From the NCBI GenBank assembly GCA_963828735.1, contig CAWHFW010000005.1, forward strand, positions 736,001 through 800,000: DNA of 64,000 nt, written 5' to 3'. This document shows positions 19,895 to 30,738 of this stretch, piece after piece. Numbering within the stretch: the first letter of the stretch is position 1; each line of letters starts with the position of its first letter. This DNA is from an uncultured Gemmatimonadales bacterium. Its GTDB lineage: Bacteria; Gemmatimonadota; Gemmatimonadetes; Gemmatimonadales; GWC2-71-9. The position numbers and the translations under genes are program-made. The notes beneath the pieces were generated by a model, which worked only from the letters and a program-made list of their open reading frames with translations, searched no databases and had not been told where the DNA came from.

Positions 19895-20468
19895 CGGTAC
19901 TGGCGATCGCCGGCGGCCGGGACTGGCCAGGAAAGCCGGTGAGTCGCGCGATCACCCTCGCCGCCGGCCTGGGACCTGGCTCAGATCATGAGATTGAGCA
20001 CTCTTGTCTCAGACCTGGCGAGTGCTTCCTTCGTGCTGCTTCCACTGCTGTCACGTGCCTGTGCCACGCCTGTTTAGGGTCGGGGGATAGGACAGCGCAC
20101 CTATCCTCGAATGCAACGGCTCCAAACTTCCCTATCTCAGGCGGTAGGCCAAGGGCCTCTTGCAGCTGGAGGAATCTGAGGCTTTCCTCTGCCAGCCACT
20201 TCAGCTTCCAGTACTGGTCTCGTTTCTCCGACTGTGCCCGTGCCTCTTCTCGGGACAAAGCAGGCCTTGGATGGTAGCCTCTCCCTCAACGGTAACCGAC
20301 ATGGCGTGGGCTGTTCCGCAGCCCAGCAGGACCGAGGTGGATGGCGCTGGCAACGCTCTCACTCGTAGCTCGGCACTCGATTATGGTCGTCGAGCTCGCT
20401 GCAACCGCCGGCCGACGTAGGGCCAACGCCTTTTAGCCGGCCACCGCGGGCGTCACGGTGTGTGCGCA

Positions 20469-23029
20469 TTAGCGAGACGTACCAATCAAGCCGTTGAATC
20501 GCGGATCCTCCGCAAGGCGTCGGAACCACCAGCCTTCGTCATCGCGCAGACTAGCTCGGTACCCCGGATTCACGGTGAGATAGGCTCTGAGTTGAGTCAG
20601 TGCCTCGGTGTTATCTCCCACCAGAGTCCACGCAAACGCGGATATCAGAGTGAGATCTGCCGTAGGATCGATTTCAGGATTGGCCTTCGTATGGTGGAGG
20701 AGGCTCCTCGCGCTGTCCTTCTGTTCGGCGCGAGCCAACACGGCCGAGACGAGCACCCGTGCGTACAACTGTTGGTAGCGCCTGTCTCCGGGGTCCTTAG
20801 TGAGCAGAACCATCGAATCCGCCAATGCCCAAGCTCGCACGACGTCTGGTGGTTTGAAATCGGTGGTGAGCATCAACAGGTCACATTCCACGAAGTTCGG
20901 GTCCTCTGGGAACCGTTGCCGCCCCTCCTGGCACCGTTGGTTCGCGCTAGCGAACTGCCCCCGTCGTAGTCGGCCAGTATAAGGCGCCGGAAGATCACGG
21001 CCGCGTTGTCAAGGTAGGCATCCGTTTCCAATGCTTTGTTTGCGGCATAGGCTACATCGACCTTAGTCTTTCCCGGGGCATTGTTGTAGAGGTGCGATAG
21101 TGAGGCATAAGCGCTGGCCTGGGCGGGGTTGAAACGTGTTGCTTCCTCCAGATCGGTTTGGGCGCTCGCTAGCAGTTTGTCTCGCTTGGCCGAATCCGCT
21201 TCGAGCCCCATCAGCCAACCCCAGTATTTGAGCGTGCCTCGTAGCTCGATCGCATCGGCGCTCTTCGCGTTCAACTTGAGCGCCCGCTCCGCGTGGCCTA
21301 GGCCCGAGTCAATCATGCGGCTGGCCAGGGCTAAATCCTGCGGTGCTTGGCGTGTCCTCCGAAGGTTGAGAGCGGCGCGGAGTATGCTGGGATCGGGCCA
21401 CTGGGGATCTAGCAGCTCGGCAATCGCTGCAACAGAATCACCCACGAGGTAGAGACGGCTCGACCCAGCTATGTTGCCAGCCTTGTGCAGCGAGTCCCCC
21501 TTATTACGCGCTAGGAGTGCCCGCTGGTATTTCTCCCAGGCATCGGTGTTCCTAGCCTCAGTCCTTGTCCGGCCCAACTCAACAGCCCTGCCGAGGCGCT
21601 TCCGAACCAGCAGGGCCACCTCGTCTGAGAGGCTATCAGATAGTGCTATGAGGTCCCTAGCCTGTTTCTTGACCGTCGCGCGGTCCAACTCGACCCCAGC
21701 ATCATCGAACAGGCGGACCGTCACCCAGATGCTATCGTGCTCGGGCTCGACGCTGCCCCCCACGAGCGTCCCGACCTTGAGGGCACGCGCAATGCTGTCA
21801 CGCGCCACAGTGGTTTCGCGGTACTGGGCTACGCCACCCTGCGAAACAACCGACAAGCCTTTGACGCTGGCCAGGGTCCGGATCAGGCTTTCGGTAAGGC
21901 CACTTGTCAGGTAGGCCAATTCGTGCTTGGGGCTGTCATCCGTGAAGTAGAGGACGGCGATGCGCTTCCTCTCGAGGCCGCCTTCCACCACTGAGTCTGT
22001 CGAGCGCGCTGTTCGCCCAATGCTCACCCACCAAACCACGAGAGTCCCGATTGCCAGGGCGGTCAGGGCGATGGTCCATTTGTGTGGTTGCCGCCATCTG
22101 GCCGCGGCCGACTTGTCGGCATCAGGAACCCCTACCGGCACCGTCAGACGGTTGTCTCCCTTCGAGTATGCACGTGTGGTTCCTGCGCTATTCGTCTCGG
22201 GCGTAGCGAGCGCCCTAGCAAATGCTTCAGCAGTAGGGAAACGGTCGGCCGGCGTCTTGGCGAGCACACGCTCAAGGACCTGGTCTACCTTGACCGGCAC
22301 GGTCTCGCGAACAGTTCGGACATGCGGGATCGGTTCACGCAGCCGCTTCGCCAAGATGGCTTGGGCCGAGGTGCCGGTGTACGGTGCCTCACCCGCGAGC
22401 ATCTCGTATAGGACGCACCCCAGGCTGTACAGGTCCGACCGCCCGTCCAGAGCTGGGTCCGCCAAACTCTGCTCTGGGCTCATGTACGCGGGAGTTCCCA
22501 CTGACACACCGGTCTCGGTCAGCTGCTCGCGGCCGGCTGCTTGCAACGCACGAGCAACCCCGAAGTCGGCCACGACGGCGTGCCCACGAGAGAGGAGGAT
22601 GTTTTCCGGCTTTATGTCGCGGTGTACGATACCCTGCCCGTGCGCATATCCCAGCGCGTCGGACACTTCACCAGCGATCTGGAGCGCGTCCTCGACCGAC
22701 AGCTGGCGCTCGTGCCGGAGGCGGTCACGCAGTGACTCGCCCTCGACGAATGGCATTGTATACCAGAGCTGCCCGGCCGCTTCGCCAGAATCGAGCACCG
22801 GCAGTATGTGGGGATGTTGGAGGCGTGCAGTCGTCCGTATCTCGCGTTGGAAGCGCTCCGGGCCGAGCGTTGCCGCGAGCTCCGGGTGAAGCACCTTCAG
22901 AGCTACCATTCGGTCGTGCTTCAGCTCGTGCGCCAGGAACACCGTGGCCATGCCACCACGGCCCAGCTCGCGCTGGAGCTGATAGCGGCCGGCCAGAGCC
23001 TCTTCGAGCGATTCTCGCAGGTCTGCCAC
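20469..23029 (-). CDS. Ser/Thr kinase receptor (kinase-TM-TolB-like-TPR); frameshift near 20950
   Basis: [58 protein letters not shown]-like helices; continues in ORF 20469-20891. Confidence 0.9.
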
Positions 23030-23323
23030 GTGGGGTTAGCAGGGACGGAGGATATGCAAAGATTACAGGGTGTCGTCGGAAGGGCTATGAGCCCGATCGG
23101 AACACCTTGTGTATCAAGCGCCTACCAAACCCGCTCCTCGGGGAGCACGACGTGGTGAAAGCCTATACTGAGGTCCACGACGTACTGGTGGCACTTTTGG
23201 GGGCAGACAGCGGGGGGTTGGGCGGACTGGACGGACTGAGCCAGACAGCGAACCGCGCGACTGCCAGAGGGAAACGGACCGGGGCGGACAGCGGCGGACG
23301 CAGCCGGAATGATCCGCAGGCCC

Positions 23324-23362
23324 TTAAAAGTCCCTTGCTCTACCAGCTGAGCTACGCCCCCG
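23324..23362 (-). repeat. att site: displaced 5' half of tRNA-Lys
   Basis: TTAAAAGTCCCTTGCTCTACCAGCTGAGCTACGCCCCCG; identity ends at the edge of the anticodon loop. Confidence 0.95.
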
Positions 23363-23412
23363 AGAGCGGAAACATCAGCCGCCAGCGCGGCCCGACCTGC
23401 GCCCGGCGCCCA

Positions 23413-23685
23413 CTACGTCGAGTCGATCCGCCGGCGCCGCTCGTCCTGCCGCGCCTGCCGTTCCGCGTCGGCCTGGCCGGCGGACGGAACGCCGCGAAAC
23501 TCGAAGTGCCGGTCATCGAGCGCCCGATCGCGGGTGAGTGGCACCCGCTCGCGCGCCCGCAGTCGGAGCGCCAGCACCTGGTCCGTCAGCACCGCGGCCG
23601 GCTGCCACTCGTTCGCCGCGATGCCCGGGTAGAGGTGCGCGAATTCGGGCTTGAGCATTGCCTGGCGAATCCCGGGCCTCGACAT
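23413..23685 (-). CDS. Hypothetical protein (90 aa)
   Basis: Protein-like sequence (LKPEFAHLYPGI...HFEFRG); 7 bp downstream of a co-oriented gene. Confidence 0.65.
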   Translation of the reverse strand: MSRPGIRQAMLKPEFAHLYPGIAANEWQPAAVLTDQVLALRLRARERVPLTRDRALDDRHFEFRGVPSAGQADAERQARQDERRRRIDST

Positions 23686-23692
23686 CCCGGCG

Positions 23693-23983
23693 TCACCGTC
23701 TCCGGCGCGCCAGCAGAAAGCCCAGCGCGATCGCCGCGACTCCGATCAGCGCGGCCGATCCGATGGCGCGCTTCACGTTCTTCGACAGGCCCTTGTGCCT
23801 CTCGGCGATCTCGCGCGACGTGTCGGCCAGCGCCGAATTGACCCGCTCGCGCTGCTCGAGCCACTCATGGATGAGGCCCGGCTCTTCCACCTCGGTGGGC
23901 TTGGCGGCCAGGCGGCGGCGGACCTCGTCCTCGCCGATCGAATCCAGCTCCCTCCAGACCTGCTCACGCGTCTTGCGGACCAT
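23693..23983 (-). CDS. Hypothetical protein with C-terminal membrane anchor
   Basis: MVRKTREQVW...; tail AIGSAALIGVAAIALGFLLARRRR. Confidence 0.7.
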   Translation of the reverse strand: MVRKTREQVWRELDSIGEDEVRRRLAAKPTEVEEPGLIHEWLEQRERVNSALADTSREIAERHKGLSKNVKRAIGSAALIGVAAIALGFLLARRRR

Positions 23984-24100
23984 TGGATCTCCCGAGCCAA
24001 GGCCGGTGTCCGGCCGTTGAGGGAATGTACCTACTCGAGGCGCGCGGGGCATATATTCCACTCCCCGGTGCGCCTCCGCCCTCGCACGAGGTCATCCTCC

Positions 24101-24472
24101 ATGCTTCGATCGATCGGTGCCACGCTCGTGGCCCTCCTGGCGCTCGCGCAGCCGCTGGTCGCCCAGGACGACCGCTGGCAGATCACCCTGGACAACGACC
24201 AGTACGTCTGGGACATCCGCCTCGTGCGCCTCGACGGCGACTCCCTCGTCGTGCGGCAGTCGGACAGCCTGGTGCCGGTGCCGGTGGCACGCATCAAGGA
24301 GCTCCGGCTGATCCGGAAGACCGAGGTCGAGCTCGGCGGCAACGACGCCGCCGGCGCGATGAACGCACTGGTCGGCGGGGACGACGAGGTGTACGATCTC
24401 ACGACCCTCGAGTTCGCGGACCGAATCAAGACGGTCCAGAAGATTCTGCTGATGCACCCGGCCGGCCCCTAG
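24101..24472 (+). CDS. Secreted hypothetical protein
   Basis: Signal peptide MLRSIGATLVALLALAQPLVA|Q; GAGGT upstream. Confidence 0.75.
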   Translation: MLRSIGATLVALLALAQPLVAQDDRWQITLDNDQYVWDIRLVRLDGDSLVVRQSDSLVPVPVARIKELRLIRKTEVELGGNDAAGAMNALVGGDDEVYDLTTLEFADRIKTVQKILLMHPAGP

Positions 24473-24599
24473 CGGCCGAATCCCGAGCAACGCCTCATTT
24501 CGAGCCGATACGCGCGGCCAGGAGTACGGGGCCGATTGCCGCATGCGCGATGATCGCGGACGCCGGGTTCCACGCCGCGGAGCTGGTCGAGACATGGAC

Positions 24600-25871
24600 A
24601 TGACGTCGAACGGAACGCGACCGCCGGCGCTGCCGGTGGCGCATCGGGCCCGCCCACCCGTGTCGCTCCTATTCTGGCGCGACTGCTCGTCGCGGGCGCG
24701 CTCACGCTGGTGCCGGCCGGTGCCGCGCGCGCGCAGAAGGCCCCGGCCTCCGCCGACACCCTGCCGCTCGACTCGACGTTCTCGCACGCGGGCCCCGTGC
24801 TCCGCTGGAACGTCGCGTCGCGGGCTCTGATCGAGCGAACCATCGCCGCACGCGGCGATCGTCCCGCCACCCCGACCTTCTACGACGGCAACAACAACAG
24901 CCGGCTCTATGCGCTCGTGGCCGGCGCGCAGTACGACGCGCTCCGCGTCACGAACGATCCGGTCGAGGCCGAAGCGGCGGCGATCACGGCCGCCGCCTCG
25001 GTGCTTCGTACCGTGTTTCCGAGGGATACCGCCTGGATCGCTCGGCGGAGGTCGGCCGAATTCAAGCACCTCCGCGAGGCGGGCCTGTCGGCGGAGGGCC
25101 TGCGAGCCGGCCGAGCGGACCGGGTGGAAGGCCGCCGCACGCTGGGTGCAGGATGCGACCGCGGAGCTGCACGTCCCGCCCTGGCATGGCCACGTTCCCA
25201 CGGGCCCCGGTCGCTGGCACGGCGAAGGCACCGCCCCCGCCCTCGCCATCTCACTTGGGCTCCGCCCGTGGTTTCTCGCGAAGCGGGACCAGTTCCGCCC
25301 TCCACCGCCGCCGAGCCCCGATACGCCGGGATTTCGCGCCGCCATCGTGACGGTTCGCAGCGCGACCGCCTACAGGACCCGCGAGCAGACGCGCGCGACG
25401 TGGGCCTGGGCGCGGAACGCCGCCACGCTCTGGAGCGAGATCGCCGGCGGGATCATCCTCCGGCGTCGGCTTTCGGAGACGGACGCCGCCCGCGCGCTCA
25501 TGTACCTCAACATGACGCTCTCCGACGCGACGATCGCGTGCTGGGACGCGAAGCTCACCTACTGGTATCCCCGGCCGTCCCAGGTGGACCCGTCCATCGA
25601 CTTGTCGGTCCCCCTGCCCGACTTCCCGTCGTATCCCTCGGCGCATGCGACGTTGTTCGCCGCCGGCGCGGCCGTCCTCGGGCGCCTTGTCCCCGACGAG
25701 CGGGAAATGCTCGACAGCCTGGCGGAGGAGGCGACGGCCTCGCGCGTATGGGCGGGCGTACACTTTCCCTTCGACAATGCCGCCGGGATCCGGCTCGGGC
25801 AGGAGGTCGCCGGCGCCGCGAACGCGGTGCTCGACGCCGAGGGAGTGGACGTCGGGGCGAAGGCCCGGTGA
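24600..25871 (+). CDS. Vanadium haloperoxidase/PAP2-superfamily protein; frameshifts near 24670 and 25100
   Basis: KLTYWYPRP, PSYPSAHA and SRVWAGVHFPFD motifs; start approximate. Confidence 0.8.
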
Positions 25872-25994
25872 GCGATGTCCGAAGCCGGCTCGCTCGCGGG
25901 ACTGGCCGCGGTCGGCGAGATTCGACGGTATGAAATGGCCGCCGGCCGCGAGCTGGTAGCCGATTAGCGGCACGCCGATCCCGGAGGCCTGCGC

Positions 25995-26668
25995 ATGATC
26001 TCGCTGCTCATCACCGGCACGGACACGGGCGTCGGAAAGACCTGGGTCGCACGCGCGCTGTCGCACGCGCTCGTTGCGGCGGGCCGCCGAGTCGTCGCCG
26101 TGAAGCCGGTGGAGACGGGATGCGGTGGCGAGCGGTCCCATCTCGAGGATGGCGCGCTGCTCGCCACGGCCACGGGCCAGGCGGAGCCGCGCGGCGCGCT
26201 CCTCAGGTTCGCCGCGCCGGTGGCGCCCGCGCTCGCGGCGGAGCGGGAAGGCGAGACCATCGACCTCGACGCCTGGTGCTCCGGATCGAGGAGTCGAGCG
26301 CCGGCGCCGAGGTGTTGCTGATGGAGGGTGCCGGTGGGCTCTTGTCGCCCATCACGTGGGAATGGACCGTGGTGGACCTGGCGCGCCCGTTCGGGGCGTC
26401 AGTGCTTCTGGTGGCGGCCGATCGGCTCGGGACCATCAATCACGTGCAGCTCACCTTGAGTGCGCTGGAGCTCGCTGGATTGGATGTGGCGGGGGTGGTC
26501 CTGACTCCGCCGGAACGACCGGACGAATCGACGGGAACCAACGCCGCCTCCATCGCTCGGGTGAGCGGCCTCGAGCGGGTGCTCGGTTTGCCGCGGGCCG
26601 ACGATCCCTCCGGCGCGCGGGACGCGATCGCCCCCGTGCTCGGATGGCTCGACAGCCCCGCCCGCTGA
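25995..26668 (+). CDS. bioD: Dethiobiotin synthase; frameshift near 26275
   Basis: ITGTDTGVGKT, KPVETG, EGAGGL, LGTINH. Confidence 0.92.
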
Positions 26669-26680
26669 ACGCACTCGCCG

Positions 26681-27274
26681 TCATCGCCGAGCCGCCGTCA
26701 GCTCCCGGTCCGCCTCCGCAGCCGCGCGCTCCCGCGCTATCCACCGGACGAATCGCTCGAGCAGATCGGCCAGCACCTTCCTGGTGCCCGGGTGTGTGAG
26801 CCGGAGTTCCTGGTCGAATCGCGCGTGCGCCGCGGCGACGAGCAGCTCCGGCGGAGGCAGGAGGCGGGAGTGCGCGTGCGTCAGCAATTGACGAAGGTGG
26901 AGCTGTGCGCGCGCGGTGCCGACCTGGCTGGGGGAGCAGCCCATGAGCGCGACCGGCTTCCGCGCCAGCGGCGACAGGCCTGGCAAGCGTGAGCCCCAAT
27001 CGATCGCGGTCGTAAGCACGCCGGGGATGCCGTTGTTGTACTCCGGGGTCGCGATGAGGATGCCGTCGGCGCCGTGGAGCGTCGCCTTGAAGGCGGCGAC
27101 CGCCGGTGGGTCGCCGGCGGATTCCACGTCCGCGTTGTAGAACGGCAGGTCGCCGATCTCGATCGTCTCTACCACCACGCCAGCGGGGGCGAGCTCCGTG
27201 GCGGCCCGCACCAGGGCGCGGTTGTACGACCCGCGCCGCAGGCTGCCGGCAAATGCCACGATGCGGTCAGCCAT
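26681..27274 (-). CDS. NADPH-dependent FMN reductase (ChrR/SsuE family)
   Basis: GSLRRGSYN, ATPEYN, GTARAQLHLRQ. Confidence 0.93.
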   Translation of the reverse strand: MADRIVAFAGSLRRGSYNRALVRAATELAPAGVVVETIEIGDLPFYNADVESAGDPPAVAAFKATLHGADGILIATPEYNNGIPGVLTTAIDWGSRLPGLSPLARKPVALMGCSPSQVGTARAQLHLRQLLTHAHSRLLPPPELLVAAAHARFDQELRLTHPGTRKVLADLLERFVRWIARERAAAEADRELTAARR

Positions 27275-27443
27275 GGCGAGCGGTCCCCGGGGGCAGGGAC
27301 AGCACCAGCCGGTGCGCGCAGCCGTGGCACGCCTCCACATGCTCGGCCACGGCCAGCGCCTCGATCCGGGGAAGGGTGCCCAGGAGATAGAGCTCGAGTC
27401 GCACGAGGATCAGCTCACAGGGCCAGCCTAGGGGATACTCCAC
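27267..27443 (-). CDS. Small zf-HC2 (ZAS-motif) zinc-finger protein
   Basis: C...YLLGTL...HVEACHGC (C-x-HxxxCxxC); GAGG before GTG; overlaps the reductase start. Confidence 0.6.
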   Translation of the reverse strand: MEYPLGWPCELILVRLELYLLGTLPRIEALAVAEHVEACHGCAHRLVLSLPPGTARHG

Positions 27444-28046
27444 GACGACCTCGTCACGGTGGTGGGGAGTATCCACAGTTGCCGTGACGAGACAGCCCGT
27501 CAATACACCCTTTCAATAGGCCCTAGGCCCATGAGGAGGCCCGGCTACCCGGCCTCCACCTCGTCGGGCCTCATGCCTTCGGCCCGCGACCTCGACAACC
27601 GGGGCGGAGACCATCTGCCGGGGCCGCCGATACTACCGGTTTCCGCGGCATCTCCCGCGCGTCTCCTTCCTCTATATAGGCCGGCGCACGATCCCGGCTC
27701 CTCTCCAGCGCACCGAACCCCTGAATACGACAGCAGCTATCTGCCTCACCCCGTCGGTGGCGGGGTTCTTGCCATCCGAACCACGAACGGGATCGGCCCG
27801 GATGTGCCACGAGTTGCACCGCGCCAATTCCTGCGGCCTCATGTGCGGCACTTTGAACACTGACTCAAACTTGAGAATTGCGGGCCGACCTCCGCCGTTC
27901 ACAGGTTCGATGCAAGACCACTGAAGACGCCGTCTTCGCGGTCGGCAGCCGGCCGGTCGCCTTCTCCAGCTCAGAGCAACCCGTCGGCGACGGCGGCGCG
28001 CAGAGCCAGGGGTCTCTCCGAGACAGCCCAGCCGCCTGGAGGGTAC

Positions 28047-29783
28047 ATGTGGATGGATCGCAGGGAGCCGACGTCGAGCCGCTCGGGCTTCGCCCTCGAG
28101 GCGACCATGATGCTGCTCATTCTCCTGACCGTGCTCATCAGCGCGGGCCTCGCGGCCACGATGATGGTGCAGCGGAGCTCAGGCGTTGACTATCGCGGCG
28201 CCAGCGCCACCTACGCGGCGGAGTCCGGGGCCGACCACGTCATGTCGCAGCTCGAGGGCGACATCCAGGACGGCTCGATCTCGGACGCGGAGCTGGCGGC
28301 CCTCACCCCTCCCGTCATCGGCGGGTTCAATATTACCGTCAGCGGTGCCCGCGTCGGCGCGCCGGTCCCCAAGACCATCGCGAGCGGGCCGTATACCGGC
28401 CTCTTCGGACTCAACCAGCAGCTCGACATCACGGTGCACGCTCTGGACCCGAGAGCGAATCGCGCCGACGCCGTCGTCTCGGTCAACGCGCAGTCGATCC
28501 CGCTGTTCCAGTTCGGCGTGTTCTACGAGGGAGACCTCGAGATCCACAACGGCCCGCCGATGACGTTCGCGGGCTGGGTACATACCAACAGCAACCTGTA
28601 TCTGTCGTCCGCCAACACCTTCTTCCAGGACCTGATCACGACGCCTGGGAGCGTCTACTGGGATCGGAAGGCCTACTCCGACCGCTTGAACGGCGTGTGG
28701 ATCAACAACGCCGGCGCCGTGCCGGTCAACCTGACGTTCGACAGCCGGAGCAAGCCGGTACCGAATGACTTCCGCGCCGCCAGCCAGGCCAGCTTCGACG
28801 GCCGGGTGATGACGTCCGCGCACGGGGTCACGCCGCTCCGTCTTCCGCTCCCTCAGGGCATGGCGGCCGTCGAGCTGGTGCGCCCCCGGTCCGCCGGCGA
28901 TGACCCCGATGCGCGCAAGGTCAAGGAGGCGTGGCTGGCGGATCTCTACGTCACGGTGGATCTCAATCAGCTCGCGGCGCCCTGCGTCGGGCCGGGAGCG
29001 TTGCAATACCTCGCGCGCCCGAACGGTCGCCAGACGCCCGACGCGCTCGCGTGTCCGCTGATCTTCAACGGCAAGCCCGACGCGTTCCTGGAGGGCCGCG
29101 AGAACCTCGGCGTGGACATGCTCGACATCGACGTCGGCGCGCTGGAGAACTGGATCGCGGTCAACCAGCCTGGCCGGCGCGTGGACATCATGTACGTCAC
29201 GTTCGCCAACGCCAACGCGGGCGTGGCCACCGCGGACTACCCGGCCGTGCGCCTGATCAACGGGAGCGCGTTGCAGTACCCGCTGACCATCGCCACCGAT
29301 CGGCCACTCTACGTGCAGGGAGACTACAACAGCGTTGGCTGGAAGCCCGCCGCGCTGATGAGCGACGCCGTGACGTTCCTCTCCGCCGGATGGAGCGACG
29401 CCGCGCATGCCGCCTTCCCGGCCGGCCCGACGACGTCGAGCGGCGAGATGTGGGTGTTCGCGGCCATCGCGGCGGGGCATTCGGCCACGCCGTGCGACTA
29501 TCAGGTCGCGGGCTGCCTGGGCGGGCACTATGGCGGCGGCCTGGAAAACTTCCCGCGCTTCCTCGAGCGCTGGAGCGGCATTCAGATGCACTACCGCGGC
29601 TCGTTGGTCTCGCTGTTCGAGAGCCAGAACGCCAACCTCCACGAGTGGAGCTGGCGTTACTACTACGATCCGCCGACGCGTGACTGGCAGTTCGACACGC
29701 GCTTCCGCGATCCGACGAACCTGCCGCCCGGCACGCCGGTGACGGCGACGGTGAGCCAGATCGCCTACCGGCCGGTGTACTGA
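28047..29783 (+). CDS. Large PilX-like minor pilin with extended C-terminal domain
   Basis: G|FALEATMMLL leader; ATYAAESG; FQFGVFY, GWVHTNSNLY, GGLENFPRFLERW, PPTRDWQFD. Confidence 0.8.
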   Translation: MWMDRREPTSSRSGFALEATMMLLILLTVLISAGLAATMMVQRSSGVDYRGASATYAAESGADHVMSQLEGDIQDGSISDAELAALTPPVIGGFNITVSGARVGAPVPKTIASGPYTGLFGLNQQLDITVHALDPRANRADAVVSVNAQSIPLFQFGVFYEGDLEIHNGPPMTFAGWVHTNSNLYLSSANTFFQDLITTPGSVYWDRKAYSDRLNGVWINNAGAVPVNLTFDSRSKPVPNDFRAASQASFDGRVMTSAHGVTPLRLPLPQGMAAVELVRPRSAGDDPDARKVKEAWLADLYVTVDLNQLAAPCVGPGALQYLARPNGRQTPDALACPLIFNGKPDAFLEGRENLGVDMLDIDVGALENWIAVNQPGRRVDIMYVTFANANAGVATADYPAVRLINGSALQYPLTIATDRPLYVQGDYNSVGWKPAALMSDAVTFLSAGWSDAAHAAFPAGPTTSSGEMWVFAAIAAGHSATPCDYQVAGCLGGHYGGGLENFPRFLERWSGIQMHYRGSLVSLFESQNANLHEWSWRYYYDPPTRDWQFDTRFRDPTNLPPGTPVTATVSQIAYRPVY

Positions 29784-30355
29784 TGCGCTCCAGGATGCCG
29801 CATCCGCGGCGCGGGTTCAGCTTGATCGAGATCATGGTCGTCGTGGTCCTGATCGGGCTCATGATGGCCATCGTGGTGCCGAGGTTCCGCGTCTCCCAGT
29901 ACACCAGGACGCGGGAAGCGGCGGACCTGCTCGTGCGCGACCTGGAGGCGGTGCGCTCGCGCGCCCTCGCGACCCGGAGCATCGCGCGCATCGTCGTGAG
30001 CCCGGGGGCGGGCACCTACACGGGGTACCTCGATGCCGACCGCGACGGGGCCCTGGCGCAGACGGCGGCGGAGACCGACGCGCTCGAGATCTTCCGAACC
30101 AGGGCGCTCGACCAGGGCGTGCAGTTCGGCCGCGGCGGTGCCCCCGACGTTCCCGGCTTTGCGGGTGGCGGGAGCATCACGCTGCCAAACAGCCGCGTGG
30201 ACTTCGACTCGCGCGGGTTGACGACCCCGCTGGGCACACGCGGCGTGGTGTACCTCAGGTCCGTCGCCGACACGACGGCGGTGACGGCCGTCTCGATCAG
30301 CCCGGCGGCAGGCATCCAGGCATGGACATATCTGGGGGGAGGCAGGTGGCAATGA
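29783..30355 (+). CDS. FimT/FimU/GspH-like minor pilin
   Basis: RRG|FSLIEIMVVV N-methylation motif; FDSRG. Confidence 0.88.
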   Translation: MRSRMPHPRRGFSLIEIMVVVVLIGLMMAIVVPRFRVSQYTRTREAADLLVRDLEAVRSRALATRSIARIVVSPGAGTYTGYLDADRDGALAQTAAETDALEIFRTRALDQGVQFGRGGAPDVPGFAGGGSITLPNSRVDFDSRGLTTPLGTRGVVYLRSVADTTAVTAVSISPAAGIQAWTYLGGGRWQ

Positions 30356-30738
30356 GCCGGGCGCGCGACGAGCGGGGTTTCACCCTCATCTCGGTCCTGC
30401 TGGCCGTGATGATGCTGACCATCGGGCTGGTCGCGCTCGCGCGCACGCAGGGGTTGCTCACCGCCGCGGAGAGCGGCGTCTCGAACCGCTCGGTGGCGCT
30501 CGCCGTCGCGAGCGGATACCTCGAGCAGCTTCGCGGTTCCGACCCGTCTACGCTGGTCTCGGAAGCGCCGGTCGCGGTGGACGCGGACGGCCAGCCAGCC
30601 GCAAACGGCCCGTACCAGCGATCGACCGTGGTTACCCTCGACCAGCCCAACCTGGTGCGCCTTCAGGTCATCGTGGACTACCCTCGCTCGTCGATGCCCG
30701 TCCAGCTGGTCGCCCTGCTCTACCGGCGGACACCATGA
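30352..30738 (+). CDS. PilV-like minor pilin
   Basis: ERG|FTLISVLLA; ATGA overlap with the upstream gene. Confidence 0.8.
   Translation: MSRARDERGFTLISVLLAVMMLTIGLVALARTQGLLTAAESGVSNRSVALAVASGYLEQLRGSDPSTLVSEAPVAVDADGQPAANGPYQRSTVVTLDQPNLVRLQVIVDYPRSSMPVQLVALLYRRTP

Larger units (their letters stand above)
18151..23362. mobile_element. Degenerate tRNA-Lys-integrated element (about 5.1 kb) bounded by 39-bp direct repeats
   Basis: Identical 39-mer at 18151-18189 and 23324-23362; integrase remnant inside; visibly more AT-rich than the flanks. Confidence 0.85.

Noticed and set aside
22384..23841. 485-aa plus-strand ORF crossing the att site
   Set aside because: Low-complexity Arg/Pro/Ala translation overlapping the kinase, the att site and two minus-strand genes
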